Source: an uncultured Christensenella sp.
GTDB lineage: Bacteria > Bacillota > Clostridia > Christensenellales > UBA3700
NCBI GenBank assembly: GCA_910583995.1
Contig: CAJTYW010000001.1
Span: 157,366 to 221,365, forward strand
DNA length: 64,000 nt
Reading direction: 5' to 3'
Part shown: one piece after another, positions 10,894 through 19,820 of the stretch
Numbering within the stretch: position 1 is the first letter of the stretch
Layout: every line of letters starts with the position of its first letter
Notes under the pieces: generated by a model
Seen by the model: only the letters and a program-made list of their open reading frames with translations
Database searches by the model: none
What the model was told of the DNA's origin: nothing
Position numbers and translations under genes: made by a program

Positions 10894-11988
10894 TTAATTT
10901 GGTTGTAATTCGTAGAAATTACCCGGAACTTTTCGTATAATTTTAGCAGCCATTAAACTTTGAAGAATAGTAAATAATGTGCCAATTTCGATATTAGTTT
11001 TAGAGATAATTTCTTCTATATGTAACTTGCCACCCGCAAGTTCGTTGACAATTGATTGTTCAATAAAATCCAGCTGAATCGCACTTTTTGCAACATCTCT
11101 TTGCTTGATATTATAGTTTGTCAAAATATCATTTACGCAAGTAGTCATCATAACATTATTACTTGCTTTTATAAGGTCATTAGTACCTTGACTTTGTTCT
11201 GAAAATATACTGCCCGGTACAGCATACAATTCCTTACCCATATCCAAAGCAAGATTGGCAGTAATTATAGAACCTGACTTTTGACCTGCCTCAGTTACAA
11301 GTACACCATCAGATAATCCGCTTATAATTCTGTTCCTTTGCGGGAAATTGTAAGAAAAAGGCTCTGTCCCTAGCGGATATTCAGATAATATTAAACCTTT
11401 ACTTTCAATTTCTTTAAATAAATCCTTGTTTTCCTTTGGATAAATAACATCTAGTCCTGAACCTAATACTGCAATGGTATCACCTTCATTTAAAAGGCAC
11501 TCTGTATGAGCTACGGTATCAACTCCACGTGCAAGACCGCTTATAATACAAAATCCGTTTAAAGATAATTCTCTTGCAAATTTTTCGGTAACATCTTTAC
11601 CATATCTTGTAACTTTTCTTGCACCTACTATTGCAATAGCAAGTTTATCCAATAATTCGATATTACCTTTATAGTACAATACAATTGGTGGGTCGTCCAA
11701 ATAATCTTCCAATTTTTTTGGATAATTATCGCTTATTAATGTTAAAGCACCAACACCTTTTATCATTAAATCATTAATCAATTTGTCGGTAAAGCTATCA
11801 TCAAGCAATAATGCCATTTTGTTGTATGTAGCTATGTCAATAATTTCAAGAATTTCGTCTTTACAATTTTTAAATTCCTTGACAATTTCAGAAGGCTCTT
11901 GAAATAAATTGTATATTAAATATTTCTTTTTTGCACTGATATTAAAATTGTTAAGCCAAATCAATGCACGCTCGTCGTTGTTGTACAT
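10894..11988 (-). CDS. dprA: DNA-processing protein DprA (Smf)
   Basis: 364 aa. Rossmann-like DprA core GLARGVDTVAH. C-terminal winged-helix-like tail. Confidence 0.9.
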   Translation of the reverse strand: MYNNDERALIWLNNFNISAKKKYLIYNLFQEPSEIVKEFKNCKDEILEIIDIATYNKMALLLDDSFTDKLINDLMIKGVGALTLISDNYPKKLEDYLDDPPIVLYYKGNIELLDKLAIAIVGARKVTRYGKDVTEKFARELSLNGFCIISGLARGVDTVAHTECLLNEGDTIAVLGSGLDVIYPKENKDLFKEIESKGLILSEYPLGTEPFSYNFPQRNRIISGLSDGVLVTEAGQKSGSIITANLALDMGKELYAVPGSIFSEQSQGTNDLIKASNNVMMTTCVNDILTNYNIKQRDVAKSAIQLDFIEQSIVNELAGGKLHIEEIISKTNIEIGTLFTILQSLMAAKIIRKVPGNFYELQPN

Positions 11989-12008
11989 AAAACTCCTAAT
12001 TTAATCTG

Positions 12009-13538
12009 TTATTCCCAATATTTTCTATCAAGTGACCTGTACTGTATTGCTTCTGCAATATGTCTTGTTTCAATATTTTGTGTGCCGTCCAAATCCGCAA
12101 TAGTTCTTGCAACTTTCAAAATTCTGGCATTAGCTCTGCCTGACAATTTTAATTTATCAAAAGCTATTTCCATTAATTGTTCAGATTGCTTTGAAATTGA
12201 ACAATACTCTTCAAGCATAGCATTTGTCATTTCTGAATTTGTAAAAATACCACTGCCTTTAAAACGCTCGCGTTGGATTTCCCTAGCTTTTTCAACTCTC
12301 TCTTTAATAGCTGCACTTGACTCTGCTTTTACTTTTGAGCGTAAATCGTCATAGCTTACACTATCTACTTCAACTTGCAAATCTATTCTGTCAAGTAGTG
12401 GTCCTGATAGTCTATTTACATATTTATGTATTTCGTGTGGTGAGCATTTGCAAGGAGTTGAAGAACCAAAATTGCCACAAGGACACGGATTCATACTTGC
12501 AACAAGCATAAAGTGACAAGGATATTCAAGTGTCATTTTTGCTCTTGATATAACCACAACACCATCTTCAAGTGGTTGTCTTAAAGTCTCTAAAGTTTTT
12601 CTTGAATACTCAGGCATTTCGTCTAAAAACAATACGCCGTTGTGAGCAAGACTTATTTCACCCGGTTTACAATTTGCACCGCCACCTGTTAGTGATGGTA
12701 CTGTTGCTGTATGGTGTGGGGAACGGAATGGTCTTGTTTTAACAATACCTTGATTTTGGTCCAAAACACCCGCTATACTATGAATTTTAGTAACTTCAAT
12801 TGCTTCTTCAAAAGTCATATTAGGCATAATAGTTGGTACGCATTTTGCAAGCATTGTTTTACCTGCACCTGGCGGTCCAATCATAAGTATATTATGTCCG
12901 CCTGATACACTTATCTCCAAAGCACGCTTTGCCATAAATTGACCTTTTACGTCCGCAAAATCTGTGTGAAATTTATTTATTGTTTCGTCAATACGGTATT
13001 CACTACACTCAACTTTAGGAATATTGTTTATACCTGATAAAAATTCCACTACTTCACTTAAAGATGACACAGCATAACACTCTGCTTTGCTAAGATAACT
13101 TGCTTCATTTTCATTTGCTTTTGGAATGATATATTTTGTATACCCACTCTCTAACCCGGCAATAAGAGTTGGAAGTAATCCGTTTATATGCCTTACACTG
13201 CCATCTAGTGATAATTCACCAAGTAAAATATAGTCTTTATATTTTAATGTTTTAATTTGCTCTGACGCTGCTAGAATACCTGTCGCAATTGCTAAATCAA
13301 AAACAGGTCCTTCCTTTTTTAAATCAGCGGGTGCTAAATTTATTGTAATTTTTTTGACGGGATAATTCAAACCGCTGTTTTTGATTGCAGAACGAATTCT
13401 TTCCCTACTTTCTTTAATTGCCGTATCTGGAAGTCCAACCATATCGTAAGAAGGTAGACCAGCATTAATATCGATTTCTATATCAATCTTAAAACCTTTA
13501 ACACCATTTAAGGCAAAACTATTTGTTTTTGCTAACAT
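12009..13538 (-). CDS. comM: YifB/ComM family Mg-chelatase-like AAA+ ATPase
   Basis: 509 aa. Lon-like N-domain, Walker A GPPGAGKTMLA, Walker B LFLDEMPE, and a C-terminal Mg-chelatase-subunit-like domain. Confidence 0.9.
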   Translation of the reverse strand: MLAKTNSFALNGVKGFKIDIEIDINAGLPSYDMVGLPDTAIKESRERIRSAIKNSGLNYPVKKITINLAPADLKKEGPVFDLAIATGILAASEQIKTLKYKDYILLGELSLDGSVRHINGLLPTLIAGLESGYTKYIIPKANENEASYLSKAECYAVSSLSEVVEFLSGINNIPKVECSEYRIDETINKFHTDFADVKGQFMAKRALEISVSGGHNILMIGPPGAGKTMLAKCVPTIMPNMTFEEAIEVTKIHSIAGVLDQNQGIVKTRPFRSPHHTATVPSLTGGGANCKPGEISLAHNGVLFLDEMPEYSRKTLETLRQPLEDGVVVISRAKMTLEYPCHFMLVASMNPCPCGNFGSSTPCKCSPHEIHKYVNRLSGPLLDRIDLQVEVDSVSYDDLRSKVKAESSAAIKERVEKAREIQRERFKGSGIFTNSEMTNAMLEEYCSISKQSEQLMEIAFDKLKLSGRANARILKVARTIADLDGTQNIETRHIAEAIQYRSLDRKYWE

Positions 13539-15775
13539 TATTTTTTCCTTTCAAATATTCTTATAACTCTATTTTTGCTACGATTGAAATCTTCTTTAAA
13601 TTCAACAAGTAAATTGTCTGGCATAGGTTTAATTTCCTTTTCTACTCCGTTTGCCATAATGTCAAACATAACCCATAACATATAAATTACTGTAAACAAC
13701 ATTATGATTGAACCGACAATATATAGCGGGTCAAGTTTATAGAAGAAATGAAGACCAGTTCCATCAAGGAAAGCAAAATTAATTGCACCGCTCTTTGTTA
13801 GTATTACAGATGTGTTAACAAAATTTAATACAGACAATATTCCAAATACTTTGAATACTCTTTTTTCCATTTTTAAGCCTGCATACAAAAGTAACAAAAC
13901 TGTACCGATTAAAGTATATTCAACTCTTGAGCCAATACCAAATACAGACCATAAAATGAATGACATTGCAAGTAACAAGATATAATCAAGTCTGTTTCTT
14001 GTTTTAGTGAACAAATATACACCAAATCCAATAAATATAAGCATTATAATTGCAATCAATACAATCATTGCTACACTTGATGCGTTATTTCCTAAACCAA
14101 ATATTGCAAAGAAATTGAATGAACTATTTGAAATCAAGTTGTTTTCTTTGATATTTTCTAACATTTTGCTAAATACTAATATTCCGCCGTTTGGTTTGCT
14201 GCCTGCTGTAAAATATTCAGTTGCAAATGGAATTGCCAAACAATAGAATACTATAAAGCTTGCAATTGAAGCTACAACAATCGGCATAATTGCTTTTTTA
14301 TCTTTTATGCAGAAGAATATTTCATATCCTAAAATAACAGGTAATGCAATAAGCATAAAGTTGCTAAACATTAAACCAAACATATACATAATTGGTACAT
14401 AAATATGCTTTTTCTCTATCATAAAGTTGATTGCAGCAACTAAGAATGCCATAGCAATGCTCATATTCATTCCCCAAACTACAGAGCTTGTAAACATAGC
14501 TGGAAGAAGTGCATAAGTTCCTGCTATTACAGCACTGTATTTGTCATTGTAGTTACTTGCTATCATTTTGTAAATCATATAGCAAACTGCCAAATCTGCG
14601 ATTATATTAGGTATTCTAATAAGCATTGACATACCTAAACTTTTCTCAGTAAAATCTAGTGCATTTCCTATCACTCCAAAGAATGACAATATATATAACC
14701 AACCTGTTGGTAGGCTGTTAGGGTGAACGCTATATATTTTAGAAGGTCCGTCCTTTGCTATATCAAGTGCTATTCCCGCATATTCAGTTATTGTATCGCC
14801 CATACCAAAGACTGTTAATACCAAAATAAATCTTATTAAAAAGGCACTAAGCAATGTATATATGAATATCGCAATAGGAGATGTAAATGTTTGTTTTAAG
14901 TTTGTAGGTTCAAAAAACTCTTTAAATGATTTTTTAACCTTAACAGGTTTTGCATCTTTAGGGATATTATTGTTACTATTATTATCGTCGTCAAATAAAG
15001 GTGCATTGTCAAGATAATTGCGTTTTTGCAAAATACGAATCAAATAATAAGCCCCTACAACAAGGCAAGCTGCAAATAAGCATAAAAGTACTGTATAAAC
15101 TACACCACCAGCTTCCTTATCTGTTACAGCACTACCTGGTGTTAATTTAACAACATTGTTACCAACAGGAACTTCTTTAACTGCAGAGATTGAAAGATTG
15201 TCAAATAGGATAGTACCTCTAGCACCACCTAAATCTTCCCTACCAATACCTGCAATAAAAGTATATTTTGCTGTTGAAGTAGGTTTAAAGTATATAGTTG
15301 TAGATTGCCAACCTTCTGTTTTTGTTTTATTGATTGGGTCAAAATTTTTGTCTTCCAAAAAACCAAAATAACCACTGATTGCGCCATCTTTTTCAGTGCT
15401 TATTGTACTATCAATTTTAAAGTAAACAGATAACTTGTAATTTTGACCTGAATATAGCTTAACTGAAGTTTTCATATATGCAGTATCATAATCACTTGTA
15501 GTGATAGAAATATATCTTTGACCTAATTGTTGTTGTTCATTACTACCACTGCCTGTAGTTACTTCTTTATAATTTTTGGAAGTATCTTTTGTACCATCTT
15601 TATTTATATATACAAACTCCCAATTTTCAAGTCTTTTTGTATCTTGATTTAATGTCTCAAAATTACCGTTAGCTAGCAGTTCCTTATTGACAGTATGACT
15701 ACAGCCAGTAAGTGTAACTGCAAGTACTGCGATAACAGCCAAGCAAATCAAAAATGTTTTGCTAAACCTTTTCAT
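13538..15775 (-). CDS. lipoprotein-anchored carbohydrate-binding-module-like domain fused to a polytopic GT-C-like (ArnT/PMT-like) membrane domain
   Basis: 745 aa.
- Lipobox LTGC after a signal peptide.
- About 200-aa beta-rich domain starting LLANGNFE (CBM4/9-like opening), then one TM and a D/N/K-rich linker.
- At least 10 predicted TM segments. The first loop, GDTITEYAGIALDIAKDG, resembles the DExxYxxIA motif of GT-C enzymes.
- Stop overlaps the comM start (TAATG).
The ORF itself is solid; the function is inferred. Confidence 0.6.
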   Translation of the reverse strand: MKRFSKTFLICLAVIAVLAVTLTGCSHTVNKELLANGNFETLNQDTKRLENWEFVYINKDGTKDTSKNYKEVTTGSGSNEQQQLGQRYISITTSDYDTAYMKTSVKLYSGQNYKLSVYFKIDSTISTEKDGAISGYFGFLEDKNFDPINKTKTEGWQSTTIYFKPTSTAKYTFIAGIGREDLGGARGTILFDNLSISAVKEVPVGNNVVKLTPGSAVTDKEAGGVVYTVLLCLFAACLVVGAYYLIRILQKRNYLDNAPLFDDDNNSNNNIPKDAKPVKVKKSFKEFFEPTNLKQTFTSPIAIFIYTLLSAFLIRFILVLTVFGMGDTITEYAGIALDIAKDGPSKIYSVHPNSLPTGWLYILSFFGVIGNALDFTEKSLGMSMLIRIPNIIADLAVCYMIYKMIASNYNDKYSAVIAGTYALLPAMFTSSVVWGMNMSIAMAFLVAAINFMIEKKHIYVPIMYMFGLMFSNFMLIALPVILGYEIFFCIKDKKAIMPIVVASIASFIVFYCLAIPFATEYFTAGSKPNGGILVFSKMLENIKENNLISNSSFNFFAIFGLGNNASSVAMIVLIAIIMLIFIGFGVYLFTKTRNRLDYILLLAMSFILWSVFGIGSRVEYTLIGTVLLLLYAGLKMEKRVFKVFGILSVLNFVNTSVILTKSGAINFAFLDGTGLHFFYKLDPLYIVGSIIMLFTVIYMLWVMFDIMANGVEKEIKPMPDNLLVEFKEDFNRSKNRVIRIFERKK

Positions 15776-15918
15776 TTTGCACCTCTTATTTTTATAATAA
15801 TATTATAATAAAACATTTTAAACTAAATAGCAACCCTTTTTTATTTATTTTTACAAATTTATCCAAATAAAATTCATAAATTTTGAGATTTTACATATAT
15901 TATACCCAACAAATAAAA

Positions 15919-15945
15919 AATAATAGCCGAATTTCGGCTATTATT
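15919..15945 (-). terminator. rho-independent terminator after degV
   Basis: 12-bp stem AATAATAGCCGA/TCGGCTATTATT with a 3-nt loop. Followed on the minus strand by TTTTATTT. Confidence 0.75.
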
Positions 15946-16024
15946 ATTTGATTTATTTTGTTTAATTACAAAATCATTACTTAATTAAATTGATTTTGCT
16001 TATTTAAATACTAAGTTATTTGAA

Positions 16025-16933
16025 TTAATTGTTGCTTACTGGAAATGGAAGAATCAAACTTTGCTGACCTTGTCTTTCGTGACCTTTAAAGAATACTGCT
16101 ACAGTATTAGGACCTACGTGTGAGCCGATAATGCAAGTTAAATCGCAATACTTTACTTCCAAACCTGTACGCTCAACAAGTACATTACCAATTTCCTTTG
16201 CATCATCTAAACAATCGCTATGTGCCATAATTATAAAATCATTTTCAGGAATAATGATATTTTTCATAACCATATCAATCATTGTTTTAAATGCTTTTTT
16301 CTGTCCACGAACTTTACCTACAACATTGATTTTTCCTGCATAATCAAGAGACAAAACAGGTTTGATACCCAAAATTGTACCAATTGTTGCTTCAATAGCA
16401 TTAATTCTGCCACCTTTTTTCAAGTGTGTTAAATCTTGCACAATATAATAATGAGAATAACACAATTTATTCTCTTCACAATAACTGTACACTTCTTCAA
16501 TTGTTTTGCCATCTTTTTGCAACTTGATGCAATCGCTTAATAACAATCCCAATGCACCTGAACCGCATAATGTATCAACTACCATTATTTTTTTGTCAGG
16601 GAATTTTTTTGATAATTCGTTTACAGTCGGAGTAAAGTTTTCAAAAGTAGAACTTACACCGGAAGAAAAACATAAATGTAAAATGTCATAACCTTCGTTT
16701 AACAAATCATTGAATTTAGTAATGGCATCAAATTGATTTGCTTGAGAAGTTTTGCAAGAAGAGCCTGCACGCATCTTATCATACAAATCTTTTGAAGTTA
16801 TTTTTGTATTTTCCAAATCATATTCTTCACCATCAATAGTAATAGGCATAACTACTCTGACAATATTGTTTTCTTCAAAAAACTCAGGATAAATGTCACA
16901 AGTATAATCAGTTGTAATTACAAATTTTTTCAT
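16025..16933 (-). CDS. DegV family fatty-acid-binding protein (FakB-like)
   Basis: 302 aa. Typical DegV N-terminus KFVITTDYTCDI and overall DegV pattern. Confidence 0.9.
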   Translation of the reverse strand: MKKFVITTDYTCDIYPEFFEENNIVRVVMPITIDGEEYDLENTKITSKDLYDKMRAGSSCKTSQANQFDAITKFNDLLNEGYDILHLCFSSGVSSTFENFTPTVNELSKKFPDKKIMVVDTLCGSGALGLLLSDCIKLQKDGKTIEEVYSYCEENKLCYSHYYIVQDLTHLKKGGRINAIEATIGTILGIKPVLSLDYAGKINVVGKVRGQKKAFKTMIDMVMKNIIIPENDFIIMAHSDCLDDAKEIGNVLVERTGLEVKYCDLTCIIGSHVGPNTVAVFFKGHERQGQQSLILPFPVSNN

Positions 16934-16942
16934 TTTTACTCC

Positions 16943-16962
16943 TTTGATAATTTCTTATCAAA
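16943..16962. promoter_or_regulatory. palindrome TTTGATAA-TTTC-TTATCAAA between the degV -10 and its RBS (operator or 5'-terminal stem-loop)
   Basis: Perfect 8-bp inverted arms with a 4-nt spacer. It overlaps the predicted +1 of the degV promoter and abuts the GGAG RBS. Confidence 0.3.
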
Positions 16963-16965
16963 TAA

Positions 16966-16994
16966 ATATTAACACATAAATTAAAATTAGTCAA
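16966..16994 (-). promoter_or_regulatory. sigma-A type promoter of degV (TTGACT-17-TAATAT)
   Basis: Hexamers read on the minus strand with a 17-nt spacer. Confidence 0.5.
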
Positions 16995-17156
16995 TGTAAA
17001 AAACAAATAAATTTTATTTTATCAAAAAATTCACTTTATTTTTGCCTTTTTAGCACTTAATACACATAATCTAAAATTTTTGTGTAATAATCCTGTTATT
17101 TAATCTGTTTATTGTGTAAAGTTTTTTATATGTTTTTACACTATTTTGCAACAAAA

Positions 17157-17184
17157 TAATCTCCGCAAAAAATCACGGAGATTA
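17157..17184 (-). terminator. rho-independent terminator after pfp
   Basis: 9-bp stem TAATCTCCG/CGGAGATTA with a 10-nt loop. Followed on the minus strand by TTTTGTTG. Confidence 0.7.
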
Positions 17185-17244
17185 AATTTGTTTCAGAATA
17201 TTTGTTTTTTTAGTCTAAAATATCGTAAATTTAGCTAATTTAAA

Positions 17245-18495
17245 TTATTTCTTTTCTACAAAAACTTTCTTTAATTTTGCAAATCTTGGAAGACCATCTT
17301 CAAGTGGAGCTTTGCAGTCACCTTGAATTAGTGGTAATGCGTATTTAACAAATTCATCAGATACATCAGTACCATTATTGATAATCCACTCTGCAGGAAC
17401 AGTTTTTTCTGTATTTGCAGCAAGTTCCAATGGCATAGCTTTGTAATTGCATACATAGTTACCATCTTTATCATAGCTACGCTCAAAAATAACCATTTTG
17501 TCTGTCTCGCCGCTAACTGCAACTTTAACAGATTCACGACCAGCATTGAAAGCTTCTTCAACGTCAACTTTACTTGCAAGGTGTGCACCACATCTTTGCA
17601 TCAAGCTAAATTCGATTGCTCTTGTTTTGCAACCAAACTTTTCTTTGCAGATATTAGCTAAAGCACTACCTACACCACCAAGTTGAGCGTGACCGAAAGA
17701 GTCTTTTGCAAGATTTTCAGCAAATAATTCTGCAACCAAAGTGCCTTCTGCATTTTTAATACCTTCACTTACGCAAACAAGGCATTTGTTAGCATTTTTC
17801 TTCATTACATTATCTACATCGCTAATGAATTTATCAATATCGAAAGCAACTTCAGGAAGATAAATTAAATCAGGACCTAAGCCTTTAAAGCTAGCAAGCT
17901 TAGATGCTGCAGTAAGCCAACCTGCATTTCTACCCATTACTTCGATAACTGTAATCATTGGAGTATCATAAACACTTGCATCAAGTTTAACTTCCATAGT
18001 AGTTGTAGCAACATATTTAGCAGCAGATGCGTAACCTGGGCAGTGGTCTGTACCAAACAAATCGTTATCAATAGTCTTTGGAACGCCAATAACTCTGCAC
18101 TCCCAACCGCTGTTTGCCATAAACTTAGAAATTTTATTACAAGTATCCATACTGTCGTTACCGCCATTATAGAAGAAATATCTTACATTGTATTTTTTGA
18201 ATACTTCAAGCAATCTCTTATAATCAGTATCGTCAATGCTAGCGTCTTTTAATTTATATCTTACAGAACCCATTGCTGAACTTGGAGTGTTCTTTAATAG
18301 CAATAATTCCTCTTTAGACTCTTTTGAAATATCATAGAATTCTTCGTGAAGAATACCTCTGATACCGTGTGCAGCACCATAAACTTCTGTGATGCAATCT
18401 TGCTCCAAAGCTTCAATAAATACACCTGCAGCACTGCTGTTGATTACTGATGATGGACCACCTGATTGTCCAAACATGCAAGCACCTTTTAACAT
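17245..18495 (-). CDS. pfp: pyrophosphate-dependent phosphofructokinase (diphosphate--fructose-6-phosphate 1-phosphotransferase)
   Basis: 416 aa PFK-family protein. Carries GGNDS (Asp at the position of E. coli Gly104) and PKTIDND (Lys at the position of Gly124), the two residues associated with PPi specificity. RBS GGAGGT. Confidence 0.85.
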   Translation of the reverse strand: MLKGACMFGQSGGPSSVINSSAAGVFIEALEQDCITEVYGAAHGIRGILHEEFYDISKESKEELLLLKNTPSSAMGSVRYKLKDASIDDTDYKRLLEVFKKYNVRYFFYNGGNDSMDTCNKISKFMANSGWECRVIGVPKTIDNDLFGTDHCPGYASAAKYVATTTMEVKLDASVYDTPMITVIEVMGRNAGWLTAASKLASFKGLGPDLIYLPEVAFDIDKFISDVDNVMKKNANKCLVCVSEGIKNAEGTLVAELFAENLAKDSFGHAQLGGVGSALANICKEKFGCKTRAIEFSLMQRCGAHLASKVDVEEAFNAGRESVKVAVSGETDKMVIFERSYDKDGNYVCNYKAMPLELAANTEKTVPAEWIINNGTDVSDEFVKYALPLIQGDCKAPLEDGLPRFAKLKKVFVEKK

Positions 18496-18521
18496 AACCT
18501 TTTACCTCCGTAATTTTAAAA

Positions 18522-19487
18522 TTATAAACTTAATATATTAATTTGCTCATATAAAGCATTATTAAATTCCCTTTTCATCTTAACTGCTTCTACAATATCA
18601 AAATCGACGATTTCGTTATTTTTAATACCTACAGCTCTTTGAGTTTTGCCTTCAATCAATAAATCTACTGCACGAATTGCAAATTTTGCAGCAAGTTGTC
18701 TATCCATCATTGTTGGTGAGCCACCGCGTTGAATATGTCCTAATGTTGTGCATCTAATAGAAAGATTAGGATTAATACCTTTTAGCATAATCTTAAGTTC
18801 TTCTGCGTGACAAACACCTTCAGCAAGTATGATAATGTCTGAAGTCTTACCTTTTTTAGCATTTTCGGTAAGTTTGTTTGAAATATTAATTATATCCAAT
18901 TTAACTTCAGGAACAATTACATTTTCCGCACCACCGCACAAAGCTGTGTACATTGCGATATCACCGCATTTCCTGCCCATAACTTCCACAATGCTAATTC
19001 TATCGTGAGAAGTCATTGTATCTCGCAAATTGTTTATTGCACTCAAACAAGTATTAACTGCAGTATCAAATCCTAATGTATAATCGGTATATTGCAAATC
19101 ATTATCAATAGTACCTGGAATACCTACAGTGTTTATACCAAAGTTTGTTGTAAGGTCTTTTGCGCCCATAAGGCTACCATTACCACCAATAACAACTAAG
19201 GCATCAATATTATGTTTTTTTAATGTTTCAACGGCCTTTTTTTGACCTTCTAAAGTCTCAAATTCAGGGCATCTAGCTGTTCTTAAAATAGTACCACCAC
19301 GTTGAATAATATCTGAAACAGACCTTGAATTTAACTCTTGTACTTTGTTTTCAATAAGTCCAGTATAACCTTTTTCTACACCAAAAACTTTAAGACCTTT
19401 TGCCAAAGCGTATCTTGTTGTTGCTCTTATGCAAGCATTCATACCTGGTGCATCGCCACCACTTGTTAAAATTGCAATATTTTTCAT
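18522..19487 (-). CDS. pfkA: ATP-dependent 6-phosphofructokinase
   Basis: 321 aa. GGNGS and PGTIDND (Gly/Gly, the ATP-type signature). Classic N-terminus IAILTSGGDAPGMNA. Confidence 0.95.
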   Translation of the reverse strand: MKNIAILTSGGDAPGMNACIRATTRYALAKGLKVFGVEKGYTGLIENKVQELNSRSVSDIIQRGGTILRTARCPEFETLEGQKKAVETLKKHNIDALVVIGGNGSLMGAKDLTTNFGINTVGIPGTIDNDLQYTDYTLGFDTAVNTCLSAINNLRDTMTSHDRISIVEVMGRKCGDIAMYTALCGGAENVIVPEVKLDIINISNKLTENAKKGKTSDIIILAEGVCHAEELKIMLKGINPNLSIRCTTLGHIQRGGSPTMMDRQLAAKFAIRAVDLLIEGKTQRAVGIKNNEIVDFDIVEAVKMKREFNNALYEQINILSL

Positions 19488-19544
19488 TTTTAGCCTCTTA
19501 AGTTAAAAAATTTTTATTAATTTTTGTTTAAATTAGCATTTAAA

Positions 19545-19790
19545 TTATTTTGTGCTAACTTTTTCGCTTTCAACTATACCAAATTTAGTATATATTTTAG
19601 CATTGCCTTTTATTTTGATTAAAGAAGTTTTATCTGTAAACTGCATAACCAATACTTCGCCTTTATCTAAAGCTTCAGTATGATGCGGGCGTGTATCCTG
19701 ACCACGAGTCATTCCTATAACCTGCACTCCACTATTTTCTGCCTTTACAACGATATATTCACTTTGCGTATTTTCACAAGATAAATCCAT
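19545..19790 (-). CDS. mtrB: trp RNA-binding attenuation protein (TRAP) homologue
   Basis: 81 aa.
- Aligns over about 67 residues, at roughly half identity, with my remembered B. subtilis MtrB sequence.
- Shared blocks: VIGMTRGQDTRPHHTE, LDKGEVL, QFTDKTS.IK.KG, G.VESE.
- RNA-contact Lys/Lys/Arg positions are retained as K, K, K.
- RBS AAGGAG. Confidence 0.85.
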   Translation of the reverse strand: MDLSCENTQSEYIVVKAENSGVQVIGMTRGQDTRPHHTEALDKGEVLVMQFTDKTSLIKIKGNAKIYTKFGIVESEKVSTK

Positions 19791-19820
19791 AAAAACTCCT
19801 TTAATTACAAATACATTTAA

